In this document: in pieces, positions 55,833 to 64,000 of the stretch | Layout: every line of letters begins with the position of its first letter | Position numbering within the stretch: position 1 is the stretch's first letter | Assembly: GCA_014728035.1 (NCBI GenBank) | Contig: WJMJ01000022.1 | Coordinates: 32,001-96,000 of the forward strand | Source of the DNA: Promethearchaeota archaeon | Lineage (GTDB): Archaea; Asgardarchaeota; Thorarchaeia; Thorarchaeales; Thorarchaeaceae | Length of the DNA stretch: 64,000 nt | Direction: 5' to 3' | Position numbers and translations under genes: made by a program | The notes under the pieces: model-generated | The model's database searches: none | What the model was told of the DNA's origin: nothing | What the model saw: the letters and a program-made list of their open reading frames with translations, nothing else

Positions 55833-58736
55833 GTGAGTGAATTCATTAAAATCGAGAAAAAATGGCAGAAACGCTGGAAGAAAGACAAGGTCTTTGAAGC
55901 TGACCCGATTTCAAAAAAGAATAAGTTCTTTCTCACAGTTCCCTATCCATATACAAATGGAGCATTACATATCGGTCACGGAAGAACATACACTGTTGGA
56001 GATCTAATTGCTCGATATAAACGAATGCGTGGCTATAATGTTCTGTTTCCTATGGCTTCACACATGACAGGTACGCCTATTCTGGGTATGGTTGAAAGAA
56101 TCAAAGCCGGTGATCCAAAAGCTATAGAGCAGTACACACGAGACCTGCGTTTGTATTTTGACACAGAGGATGAAGTAGAAGCTCAGTTAGCAAAATTCAC
56201 AGATCCCTGGGTGACTGCAAAATTCTTTGCTGATATCATCTCTAAAGACTTTGATGCACTTGGGTATAGTATTGACTGGAGAAGAAAATTCACAACTGGC
56301 GATAAGATATACAATGCATTCATTCGATGGCAGTATCTCAAGTTTAAAGAAAAGGGATACATCAAACAGGGAAACTATCCCTTACTATTTTGTCCAAACT
56401 GTGGCAATCCCGTAGGAGAGGATGACCTACTAGAGGGTGAAACCGCTAAGGTAAAGGAATTTGTGGCAATAAAATTCCCGTTCGAAGATGGCTTTCTAGT
56501 ACCAGCAACCCTTCGTCCAGAAACCATCTTTGGGATAACCAACATGTGGATTAACCCAAGTGCGACATACGTTTGGGCAAATGTTGATGGCGAGAAATGG
56601 GTGGTGGCAAAAGCAGCAGTCGAGAAGCTGAAGCTTCAAGCTAAAGAGGTTGAAATCCTCGAAGAGTTTCCCGGGTCAGAAATCATTGGTAAGTCTCACA
56701 AGGCTATTCACGAAGACAGAGATGTACCCATTCTTCCAGCTCCCTTTGTAAATCCTCAGAATGCAACAGGTGTTGTTTATTCAGTTCCTGGTCATGCACC
56801 GTTTGACTATATTGCCTTACGTGACTTGTGGGATGACCCATCAGGATTGGATAAGTATGGTATCACGCCTGAAGACGTCCACGCTATTGAGATAATCGGG
56901 ATGATTGACATCAAAGGTTATGGCAAGTATCCTGCAAAAGAAGCTGTTGAGAAACGAGATATCAAGTCGCAGAGCGAAGGCCAAAAACTGGAAGATGCAA
57001 CTCAAGAAATCTACAAAGCAGAATTCTATGAGGGCAAAATGAAGGACAACTGTGGTGAATTTTCAGGTCGTCTGATTAAAGAAGTCAAAGATGACGTGAT
57101 TGCTTGGCTAAAAAAGAATAACCGCTGTGATAAATTCTATGAACCAGATACACGTCCTGTGGTCTGTAAATGCGGTACTGATGTACAAGTCGGTGTCTTT
57201 GCAGGTCAGTGGTTTCTTGATTATCAAAGCGAGGGTTGGAAGGAAACAGCTTGGAAAGCATTGAATGAGATGGATATCGTTCCTGAAACTTTCAGAAATC
57301 TGTTTGAAGCTACCTTTGATTGGTTAACACAACGTCCTTGCGCAAGGAAGCGTGGTATTGGTACTCGTTTACCATTTGACGAGGAATGGATAATTGAGTC
57401 ATTATCAGACTCTACAATCTATATGGCATTCTATACAATCGCTCATCATATCAAACAAAATAAGATTAAAGAAGACCAATTGGTTCCTGAAGTCTTCGAT
57501 TATGTCTTTCTAGGAAAACGGACTCCTGCTAAAATTGCTGAGCAGACTGGAATTGATGCAAAATTACTCAAGACAATGCGTAATGAGTTCAAGTATTGGT
57601 ATCCAAATGATCAACGGCACACAGCGCCCTCACACATCTCTAATCATTTGAGTTTCGCAATATTTCATCATGTAGCTATCTTTCCAGAGAAAAACTGGAT
57701 ACAATGTATCAGCTTGAATGAGCATGTCAATCTGGAAGGAATGAAGATGTCCAAGAGCAAAGGTAATGTCATTCCACTTGTTGAAATACCCAAAAAATAC
57801 GGGGCTGATGTCTATCGTACATACGCGATATCAGCAGCAGAACCTGGAAGTCTCATGGACTTTCGTGAAAAGGATGTACCTGCTGTCCGTAACCGAATCA
57901 ATAACTTTCAAGAGATTGTTACGAAATATTCCAAGAAAACACCAAAAGTCTATAGAAAGAAAGACAAGCCCACTTTGATGACACGTTGGCTGTTATCTAA
58001 AGTCAATTCACTCGTAGACCAATGTACCACTGATTTGGATAACTTCCGTCTTCGTGATTATGCTATTCGAGCGACATCGGAGATGGCACGAGCAGTCAAT
58101 ATGTATCTAAATCGGCCTGAAGTGCCAGATGAAGAACGTGATGGTACACTGGCATATGTTGCTGATATCTGGGTCAGGTTGATGGCTCCCATGACTCCCC
58201 ACATTTCTGAAGAGCTCTGGCATAAGCTGGGGCGTGATAATTATGTTTCTCTGACCGATTGGCCGAAAGCTGACAAAAAACTGATTGATTCTGCTGTGGA
58301 ATCCTCTCTTGAAGTAGTTAGAAACACTCTGGCTGATGTTCGTGAAATCACCCGATTATTGAAAGATAAAACTCCATCCAAGGTGTACATGTATGTGGCA
58401 CCACAATGGATGTTTGATGCAATGAATAGTATTGAAGAGGCTAACATACCCACAATCATTGGAAAGATTATGAAGCACCTCATGTCTAATCCTGAGTTTC
58501 GAAAACATGGCAAAGAGGTCAAGTCCATTGTTGACCGTATCGCCAAAGAGAATGGATTATGGGTACATTCAGAGAGTGCTAAGGATGAGATACAGATTCT
58601 AGAAGATTCTACATCATTCTTAGAAACCGAATTAGGCCTAAAGGTGATTATTCATTCTGCAGAAGAACCTGAATACGATCCACAAAACAAAGCTCGTTTC
58701 GCATTACCCGGTCGTCCCTCTCTATTGCTCGAGTAA
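55833..58736 (+). CDS. leuS: Leucyl-tRNA synthetase (archaeal/eukaryal type)
   Basis: PYPYTNGALHIGH; ATLRPET editing domain; ESLSDSTIY; KMSKSKGN. Confidence 0.98.
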   Translation: MSEFIKIEKKWQKRWKKDKVFEADPISKKNKFFLTVPYPYTNGALHIGHGRTYTVGDLIARYKRMRGYNVLFPMASHMTGTPILGMVERIKAGDPKAIEQYTRDLRLYFDTEDEVEAQLAKFTDPWVTAKFFADIISKDFDALGYSIDWRRKFTTGDKIYNAFIRWQYLKFKEKGYIKQGNYPLLFCPNCGNPVGEDDLLEGETAKVKEFVAIKFPFEDGFLVPATLRPETIFGITNMWINPSATYVWANVDGEKWVVAKAAVEKLKLQAKEVEILEEFPGSEIIGKSHKAIHEDRDVPILPAPFVNPQNATGVVYSVPGHAPFDYIALRDLWDDPSGLDKYGITPEDVHAIEIIGMIDIKGYGKYPAKEAVEKRDIKSQSEGQKLEDATQEIYKAEFYEGKMKDNCGEFSGRLIKEVKDDVIAWLKKNNRCDKFYEPDTRPVVCKCGTDVQVGVFAGQWFLDYQSEGWKETAWKALNEMDIVPETFRNLFEATFDWLTQRPCARKRGIGTRLPFDEEWIIESLSDSTIYMAFYTIAHHIKQNKIKEDQLVPEVFDYVFLGKRTPAKIAEQTGIDAKLLKTMRNEFKYWYPNDQRHTAPSHISNHLSFAIFHHVAIFPEKNWIQCISLNEHVNLEGMKMSKSKGNVIPLVEIPKKYGADVYRTYAISAAEPGSLMDFREKDVPAVRNRINNFQEIVTKYSKKTPKVYRKKDKPTLMTRWLLSKVNSLVDQCTTDLDNFRLRDYAIRATSEMARAVNMYLNRPEVPDEERDGTLAYVADIWVRLMAPMTPHISEELWHKLGRDNYVSLTDWPKADKKLIDSAVESSLEVVRNTLADVREITRLLKDKTPSKVYMYVAPQWMFDAMNSIEEANIPTIIGKIMKHLMSNPEFRKHGKEVKSIVDRIAKENGLWVHSESAKDEIQILEDSTSFLETELGLKVIIHSAEEPEYDPQNKARFALPGRPSLLLE

Positions 58737-58827
58737 CGATTCAAAAACCGAATCGTTCACTCAAATTTCATGACTGAAAGGTATTTAATTAACTATATCA
58801 TATCTTAGATATGGAGAGGTTATCAGG

Positions 58828-59103
58828 ATGGACATGATACGGGTAGTTTCGCCTCCTCACTGTAGGAAAGGACCAGCAAGATGTTCTGAGTGTAGAAAAG
58901 CAGCTCGAGTCAAAAAAATCTGCCATATTCATGTCTATACCACCACAAGTGAGAATTTCAGGCCCATAATCGAGATGGAGATTCGTGGGATTCCTGGATT
59001 TTACGAGTATGAGATAATTGAGGTCTTTGAATCTCCAAATGATGCTATCGAGTATGCGAAAAGAAATGATATCAGCAATATTGACCTTTCAATGGGACGT
59101 TGA
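58828..59103 (+). CDS. Small hypothetical protein with Cys/His cluster
   Basis: HC..CSEC; SD GGAGAGG and TATA upstream. Confidence 0.65.
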   Translation: MDMIRVVSPPHCRKGPARCSECRKAARVKKICHIHVYTTTSENFRPIIEMEIRGIPGFYEYEIIEVFESPNDAIEYAKRNDISNIDLSMGR

Positions 59104-59106
59104 ATT

Positions 59107-59562
59107 TCAATAGGTTGTATATCTCGGTTTATTATCCTTAAACCAGCTTGGAACTTCAGCATTATCTACACGGTCAGAAGATGGCATGTATGGTTTAATA
59201 TCAACGATTGGTGTATTATCGAAAGCATCTATCTGATCTATGATTATCTTCTTCGATTCTGGAACTATCCGTTTTATTGCTACAATCGATACTCCAATTG
59301 GCGTGGGTCGACGGGGTGACCGGGTGGCAAATACTCCTGACAGTTCTGCGTTTTCCTTTGGAGGTGTTCCAGTCAAGTTCATTCTGTCTAGTGTTCTATC
59401 TTTCTCAGTAATCCACCAGAGTACAATGATATGAGAGAATTTCTCCATGTTTAAGGTGGCATCCCAAAATTGATCTTCTATCTGTATGAAGATGGTATCG
59501 TCATCAGGTTTTCGTACTCTTCCAACTATCTTTGCACATAATTCAGGTTTGACGTCCATCAT
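59107..59562 (-). CDS. tsaA: tRNA m6t6A37 methyltransferase TrmO/TsaA family
   Basis: FSHIIVLWW; GVFATRSPRRP.PIG; DAFDNTPIVDIKPY. Confidence 0.9.
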   Translation of the reverse strand: MMDVKPELCAKIVGRVRKPDDDTIFIQIEDQFWDATLNMEKFSHIIVLWWITEKDRTLDRMNLTGTPPKENAELSGVFATRSPRRPTPIGVSIVAIKRIVPESKKIIIDQIDAFDNTPIVDIKPYMPSSDRVDNAEVPSWFKDNKPRYTTY

Positions 59563-59645
59563 TTTCTTGACACCAACGAATAGCTACCGACTAATGACGG
59601 GAAACTTCTCCCTCATGAAGCTTCCTCTTGTCAATATACTTCTTA

Positions 59646-60482
59646 CTAGTTAATTGGAAGTTGTATCTCTGTCATTAGTTGTTCAGGAGCTACTTCCTGG
59701 GGACTGTTAAGATACAGTTCCATTAGTGGACCGGTGATTTCATATCCGTTTTCGATTACGAACTCATGCAATCTGGCGTAACCTTGACCGATTTCCGGAT
59801 ATGGGCCTCGATATGTTGTAGTAGCAACTCCTGCTTCAGGAATTGTTCGTATTTGAAGGTCTTCAGCATCTATTGTGACTCGTCCAGTTATAGGAACTGC
59901 AATTTCGAAATCAGCATTCTCTGGAGTGAATTCCTTTCCATGATGAAGGAACATTATTGGTCCAACAATGCTTACCATATTTCTCTGATTTTCGGGACGG
60001 TAGATTTCCTGCATTATTCTTCCAATCATAGGAGCAATTTGCTGAATCGGGGCGGTTTTTCTTAAAGCCACCACTCGAATATCAGGTACCTGTTTAATAC
60101 TGGGTTTGGTAGTTCTGATATAGAATAGTTCTAGAGATTTTTCTTTGTCTAAGAGAATCTTTCTCACGTGTTTTAGACGTTCGATTTCCTTTTCCGTTTC
60201 TTTCAATCGTTTATCAAACAGCCTATTGAGTAATGAAGTATCCTCGCTCTCAGAAGCCTTCAACAAATCTCTTATCTCTTCCAAGCCGAAACCTAACCAA
60301 GATAGTAATTTAATCTTGACTCCTGTTTCAATTTGTGGAATGGTATAATACCGGTAACCAGTTAGTGTGTCTTTCTCTTCTGGGATTAGAAGCCCCTTCT
60401 TATCATAGAGTCTAAGCGCTTTTGGAGTGAGCTGAGTGATAATGGAAAATCTTCCAATGGGAATCTTTGAGAGTTCAGACAT
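59646..60482 (-). CDS. MerR-family regulator with C-terminal GyrI-like effector domain (BmrR-like)
   Basis: IGRFS..KALRLYDKKGLL.P..TGYRYY; GPY; ELYLNSP..TEIQLP. Confidence 0.93.
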   Translation of the reverse strand: MSELSKIPIGRFSIITQLTPKALRLYDKKGLLIPEEKDTLTGYRYYTIPQIETGVKIKLLSWLGFGLEEIRDLLKASESEDTSLLNRLFDKRLKETEKEIERLKHVRKILLDKEKSLELFYIRTTKPSIKQVPDIRVVALRKTAPIQQIAPMIGRIMQEIYRPENQRNMVSIVGPIMFLHHGKEFTPENADFEIAVPITGRVTIDAEDLQIRTIPEAGVATTTYRGPYPEIGQGYARLHEFVIENGYEITGPLMELYLNSPQEVAPEQLMTEIQLPIN

Positions 60483-60505
60483 AATATCGCACTTTCCTGA
60501 GTTCT

Positions 60506-60534
60506 AAAAAAGGTACGGGAGTTCTAGAACTCCC
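60506..60534 (-). terminator. Hairpin plus U-tract between the gyrI-like and merR genes
   Basis: GGGAGTTCTAGAACTCCC then GTACCTTTTTT on the minus strand. Confidence 0.55.
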
Positions 60535-60542
60535 ATTTAATA

Positions 60543-61040
60543 TCATTTGACTGGTAGTTGAAGCTCGGTCTGAAGTTCTTCTGGAGCAACTTCTTGTGGA
60601 TTATTATGATAGAGTTCTCGCAGAGGACCTACAATCTTAAGTCCTCTTTTCTTCGCAAATGCAAATACCTGCCCATAGATGTCCTTGCACAAATCCGAGT
60701 ACGGCCCATAACACATCATTGACACAACCTTACCCCCTGTAATGATATGGTATTCAAGGTCTCCTTGGATTTTTGGCTCCTTACTCACCGGAACAGCTAT
60801 CTCAAATTGCATGTTCTCTGGATCGAATTCTGTATTAAGATCTATATACATCGGTGGTCCTGCAGGATGTACACCACTTCGTGCATTTTCAGACTTGCTA
60901 ATCTCTCCAAAAATTTGTCCCATTGCAGGACCTATCAATTTTGATAAGTCGTTTGTTGTGATGCCTTCAAACTTCTTTCCAATGACTTTCAAATCGGATA
61001 TTTTCTTGATTATTGGTTCTTCTGTTCTCATAGTAATCAT
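60543..61040 (-). CDS. Stand-alone GyrI-like small-molecule binding protein
   Basis: Paralogous to the MerR C-terminal domain (FEIAVP; GPY; ELY.N.PQEVAPE.L.TE.QLP). Confidence 0.9.
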   Translation of the reverse strand: MITMRTEEPIIKKISDLKVIGKKFEGITTNDLSKLIGPAMGQIFGEISKSENARSGVHPAGPPMYIDLNTEFDPENMQFEIAVPVSKEPKIQGDLEYHIITGGKVVSMMCYGPYSDLCKDIYGQVFAFAKKRGLKIVGPLRELYHNNPQEVAPEELQTELQLPVK

Positions 61041-61104
61041 TCCGTTATTTGTTGTAGCATTTCACTACAGTATTAATCAGAACTCAAACCAATATAACAC
61101 ACAG

Positions 61105-61128
61105 GAGTTTCACCTAGGTGAGAGTTTC
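61105..61128. promoter_or_regulatory. Candidate MerR operator
   Basis: Palindrome TCACCTAGGTGA (61110-61121) just upstream of minus-strand TATA-like TTATATTG (61090-61097). Confidence 0.6.
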
Positions 61129-61131
61129 GAA

Positions 61132-61938
61132 TTAGTCATCAATAATTCTCTCATGCCCAATTGGACATGTGCCATATGTACAATCATAAAATCCCTGGTC
61201 ATAAACTACTCTCGTAAGATAGTGGTTTTTACAGTATATCTTATCACATTTTGGACAATATGCATCGATGCCATCTTCAATGAAGGTGTTCTTCTCTAAA
61301 TGATTGTGTACTTCTCGTATGTTCCCTTCATCAAGTAGGTCGAAGATGGAGCTGTTAAGTTGAAAATCAAGAGTCGTACTCTTTGTAATCCCCTTATAGT
61401 TAATTTTTCCACTACCATCATCTGCAATCGGCCCAAGTGTAAAAGATACCGCTAACTCTCCACATACTGCACAGAGAAGATGAAATTCCATTGGGCCCGT
61501 CTTTACTATGGTCTTCTCAGGTGGTGATGACTTCTTTTCAGGTAGATATACTTGAATAGCTTGATGTAGGGATTCGATTACCTTTTGAAACACTTCTTTC
61601 AGATCCTCTTGAATTTTTAAAGACCTATTATTTTGAACTGTTTCTACTTCACTTAGAACCTGCTGAAATTTTTCTTCGGCCACTCTGAGAAATTGCTTTG
61701 CATTATCCGCACGTTGGTTTCTTTCTGTACCTTCCAATGATGGACATGATTTTAGTAGCTGCCATGATGATACCACACTAAAGTATAGGTCTCGTAAATC
61801 TACCTTCCATATGCTATCCATTGAATTGTCTTCTTGAGATTCAAAGAGCTTGAGGATTTCTTCTCTAACTTTGTCCAAAGCGTCTATCTCTCTTCGGATA
61901 TCCCATATTTGTGTATCATCGGGTCTTCTATCGTCCAT
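61132..61938 (-). CDS. Hypothetical protein: helical N-terminus plus Cys/His-rich C-terminus
   Basis: CAVC..YCPKCDKIYCKNH..GTCPIGHERIIDD. Confidence 0.75.
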   Translation of the reverse strand: MDDRRPDDTQIWDIRREIDALDKVREEILKLFESQEDNSMDSIWKVDLRDLYFSVVSSWQLLKSCPSLEGTERNQRADNAKQFLRVAEEKFQQVLSEVETVQNNRSLKIQEDLKEVFQKVIESLHQAIQVYLPEKKSSPPEKTIVKTGPMEFHLLCAVCGELAVSFTLGPIADDGSGKINYKGITKSTTLDFQLNSSIFDLLDEGNIREVHNHLEKNTFIEDGIDAYCPKCDKIYCKNHYLTRVVYDQGFYDCTYGTCPIGHERIIDD

Positions 61939-62004
61939 ATCACATACTCATAGGTGGAATGCGACTTAAAGCCTCTGGAGAATTCTTCTTTGAAATAATA
62001 AGAA

Positions 62005-62022
62005 AGGTGGGAATTCCCACCT
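62005..62022 (-). terminator. Hairpin after FAD oxidoreductase
   Basis: AGGTGGGAATTCCCACCT followed by U-rich sequence on the minus strand. Confidence 0.5.
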
Positions 62023-62035
62023 CTTACAATCTTTC

Positions 62036-63799
62036 TCAGTATGGTGCTAATATCGTAGCATCAAACGCTTCACGTATCTTCTTAGTCAAGCTCCATAATT
62101 TTGGCATGGTTTCACTCTCTACCATCTCTCTTTCCAATTTTGGATGATTGAAGAAATAGAAACCTTGGTTGAGAGCACGAAGCGTGAATTCACGAAGAGC
62201 TCTTGATGTGAGGTCCTTCTCATGTTGACTGGTAGGATCGATTTGTATAACGAACTCCACACACGCAAAGTGTGGACCAGCTCCAGGAAGTATCATCAAT
62301 CCCCATAGATGCTCTTTTACCGCCTCGGGGTATATCTCCTCTAAGGTTGTAGCAAACAGATCTATACATTCTTGGACTCTGCTTGGAGCAACACGTCCCG
62401 ATTTGAAAAGGAGGCCCCCTTTCTTTCTCATAAGACGAGCTGTGATTTCGTTGTATTCCAGCATCTTTCCTCCTCTAATCAACCAATCGTATCGATAGTC
62501 CTCCATTCCAGAGTTCTTCATCAGGATGTATACCGATTCAGGATCGGCATCTGGATTATGGGGCCAGAAGAAATGTTTCTGATAGTCAGTTGCATCTCGT
62601 ATCTTCTCGGTGTTGATTTCTTTATTCTCGAGGATGGCCTGGAATCTTCTTTCATCTAATTGCACTTTTCTTTTTGTTCCCATGAGGAATAATAGATTTA
62701 CATATTTGATACCTTGAAGAGCCAGAAATCCTTTGAAGACTTCTTGGTATGATTCTCTCTCCTTGTATTTCCTTCCTTTTGTCATGACTTTGATACCCGT
62801 AATCAGAGCTTTGAGCTTGCTTTTGATTGTCGCTTCGACCCGTTCAACATCACGATTTGAATGTTGAGCTGCAAGAGCATTATCCTCTGGCACCCCAATT
62901 AACCCACCAAATCCAATCTCCCGTTCAGCAGCTTCAGTAATGACCCTCATTGAATTCTCAATATTTGTAAATCCATGACACAGAATCTTTACTTTGTCTG
63001 GTTTCTTGTACACCTTGACGCACATCTTAGTAACAATTCCATTGCCACCAACACTCTGATGCGGGAAACCTGTCAAGTCCGGTCCCCATGCTTGTACACT
63101 TACTCTCCCACCATCTAGTTCTGGATCTGTTCTGACTCCTGGTTTTCGATGCTCTATTTTCATTCGTGCATCCACTAATGAGCCAGTCGTTACTATTTCG
63201 CCATTTGGAAGTACCATTTCTACTCCAACAGTTTCCATGGCACCATAACCATACTTTCCTGAGAAGAACTTGAAACCCGCATAGAGGTTATTTCCAACCA
63301 CACTAGCTGAGCCTGGTGCTCCTGGCACATTTATTCTCAGATTGTGTTGCTCAAGTGCTGCTTGCGCTCGGGCATAGCTTACAAAAGGTTCTACTGTAAT
63401 TGTGAGACCGTCACGATCCACTTCTATTACACGATTCATCCGTTTGAAGTCTATCATTATTCCTCGAAACAGTGCAATTGCCATGCCTCCCGTATTCACA
63501 TTAGTTGACATTACATGTACTGGTATTTGATGTTTAGAAGCAATTTTACATACATGTGCAATCTCCTCAGCACTTCCTGGCAAAACAACAATGTCGGGTA
63601 CACGGTAGTCTTCAACGTTGACACTACCACTTCCGGATGAGTCTTTGCTGTATGCTACTCGGATTGCCCAGTCTCTCGAAACATATCTTGATTCAATATT
63701 TGAGGTAAGGTCTTTGACAACCGCTTCTGCTAGCTCTGTATCCATCTCTTCATACTGTGAAAGTATTCTCTTTGATTCATCTAGAATCTGTTTCTCCAT
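62036..63799 (-). CDS. FAD-binding oxidoreductase (GlcD/D-lactate dehydrogenase-like, PCMH fold)
   Basis: PDIVVLPGSAEEI; DFKRMNRV; SVVGN; EMVLPNGEIV; GPDLTG; GIVTK; ATG 63799 with SD GGAGG. Confidence 0.88.
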   Translation of the reverse strand: MEKQILDESKRILSQYEEMDTELAEAVVKDLTSNIESRYVSRDWAIRVAYSKDSSGSGSVNVEDYRVPDIVVLPGSAEEIAHVCKIASKHQIPVHVMSTNVNTGGMAIALFRGIMIDFKRMNRVIEVDRDGLTITVEPFVSYARAQAALEQHNLRINVPGAPGSASVVGNNLYAGFKFFSGKYGYGAMETVGVEMVLPNGEIVTTGSLVDARMKIEHRKPGVRTDPELDGGRVSVQAWGPDLTGFPHQSVGGNGIVTKMCVKVYKKPDKVKILCHGFTNIENSMRVITEAAEREIGFGGLIGVPEDNALAAQHSNRDVERVEATIKSKLKALITGIKVMTKGRKYKERESYQEVFKGFLALQGIKYVNLLFLMGTKRKVQLDERRFQAILENKEINTEKIRDATDYQKHFFWPHNPDADPESVYILMKNSGMEDYRYDWLIRGGKMLEYNEITARLMRKKGGLLFKSGRVAPSRVQECIDLFATTLEEIYPEAVKEHLWGLMILPGAGPHFACVEFVIQIDPTSQHEKDLTSRALREFTLRALNQGFYFFNHPKLEREMVESETMPKLWSLTKKIREAFDATILAPY

Positions 63800-63800
63800 T

Positions 63801-64000
63801 TTAATTACCTCCCATAGATTTTCTAACCAATTCCGTAAGTTCAATTACCTCTAAGGGCTTTTCACCTGATTCTAATGCCTCTTTTTTGGCACCATCCTCA
63901 AGTCCTCTTACACAGAATGGGCATGCGGTAACAAAGGTATCAGCACCTTTCTCTCTGGCTTCACTTACTCTAAGTTTAGCGATATATTCTGCATATTCTG
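63801..64000 (-). CDS. 3' end of a CCG-domain Fe-S oxidoreductase (GlcF/HdrD-like), truncated by window edge
   Basis: Reads ..RVSEAREKGADTFVTACPFC..IELTELV..SMGGN*. Confidence 0.85.
   Translation of the reverse strand, partial: EYAEYIAKLRVSEAREKGADTFVTACPFCVRGLEDGAKKEALESGEKPLEVIELTELVRKSMGGN

Noticed and set aside
558-63854. Numerous short overlapping ORFs in the track (e.g. 2559-3086, 20309-20737, 60742-61299)
   Set aside because: Antisense or out-of-frame shadows of well-supported genes, without recognisable motifs
1-64000. CRISPR arrays, rRNA, transposases, integrases, other tRNAs
   Set aside because: No regularly spaced repeats, rRNA-like tracts, DDE or tyrosine-recombinase motifs, or further cloverleaves seen by eye

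Overview
Gene-dense, roughly 40% GC archaeal chromosome segment, most consistent with an Asgard archaeon (Thorarchaeota-like; inferred from selenocysteine machinery, a roadblock protein, two small GTPases, and Get3- and EMC3-like genes). It opens with the end of the spc ribosomal cluster (rpl19e-rpl18-rps5-rpl30-[hsp20]-rpl15-secY-adk-DUF106-[pfkB-like]-rpl34e-cmk-rpl14e-cbf5), followed by RNase P RNA. Next come tsr3, tiaS, rps13-rps4-rps11, hypD, mobA, hdrA, GGGP synthase, map, aIF1, rpoP, get3, uppP and endA. Further on are a selenocysteine cluster (selB, SepSecS, tRNA-Sec, pstK), three TFB paralogues (one near 26 kb, two in tandem near 43-45 kb), leuS and a MerR/GyrI module. I saw no CRISPR array, rRNA or transposase. 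The most notable features not shown by the ORF track are: (1) a promoter-driven array of three SD-coupled micropeptides convergent on rnpB; (2) a 7TM protein-small GTPase-DENN-like gene trio, plus a second GTPase module whose partner shares the same CxxC/H/H domain; (3) aIF1 apparently starting at a CUG codon; (4) a 32-aa tail-anchor-like microprotein coupled to get3; (5) tRNA-Sec overlapping pstK in antisense; (6) a bacterial-style MerR operator in front of an archaeal TATA box. All homology calls come from motif recognition by eye, not from database searches.
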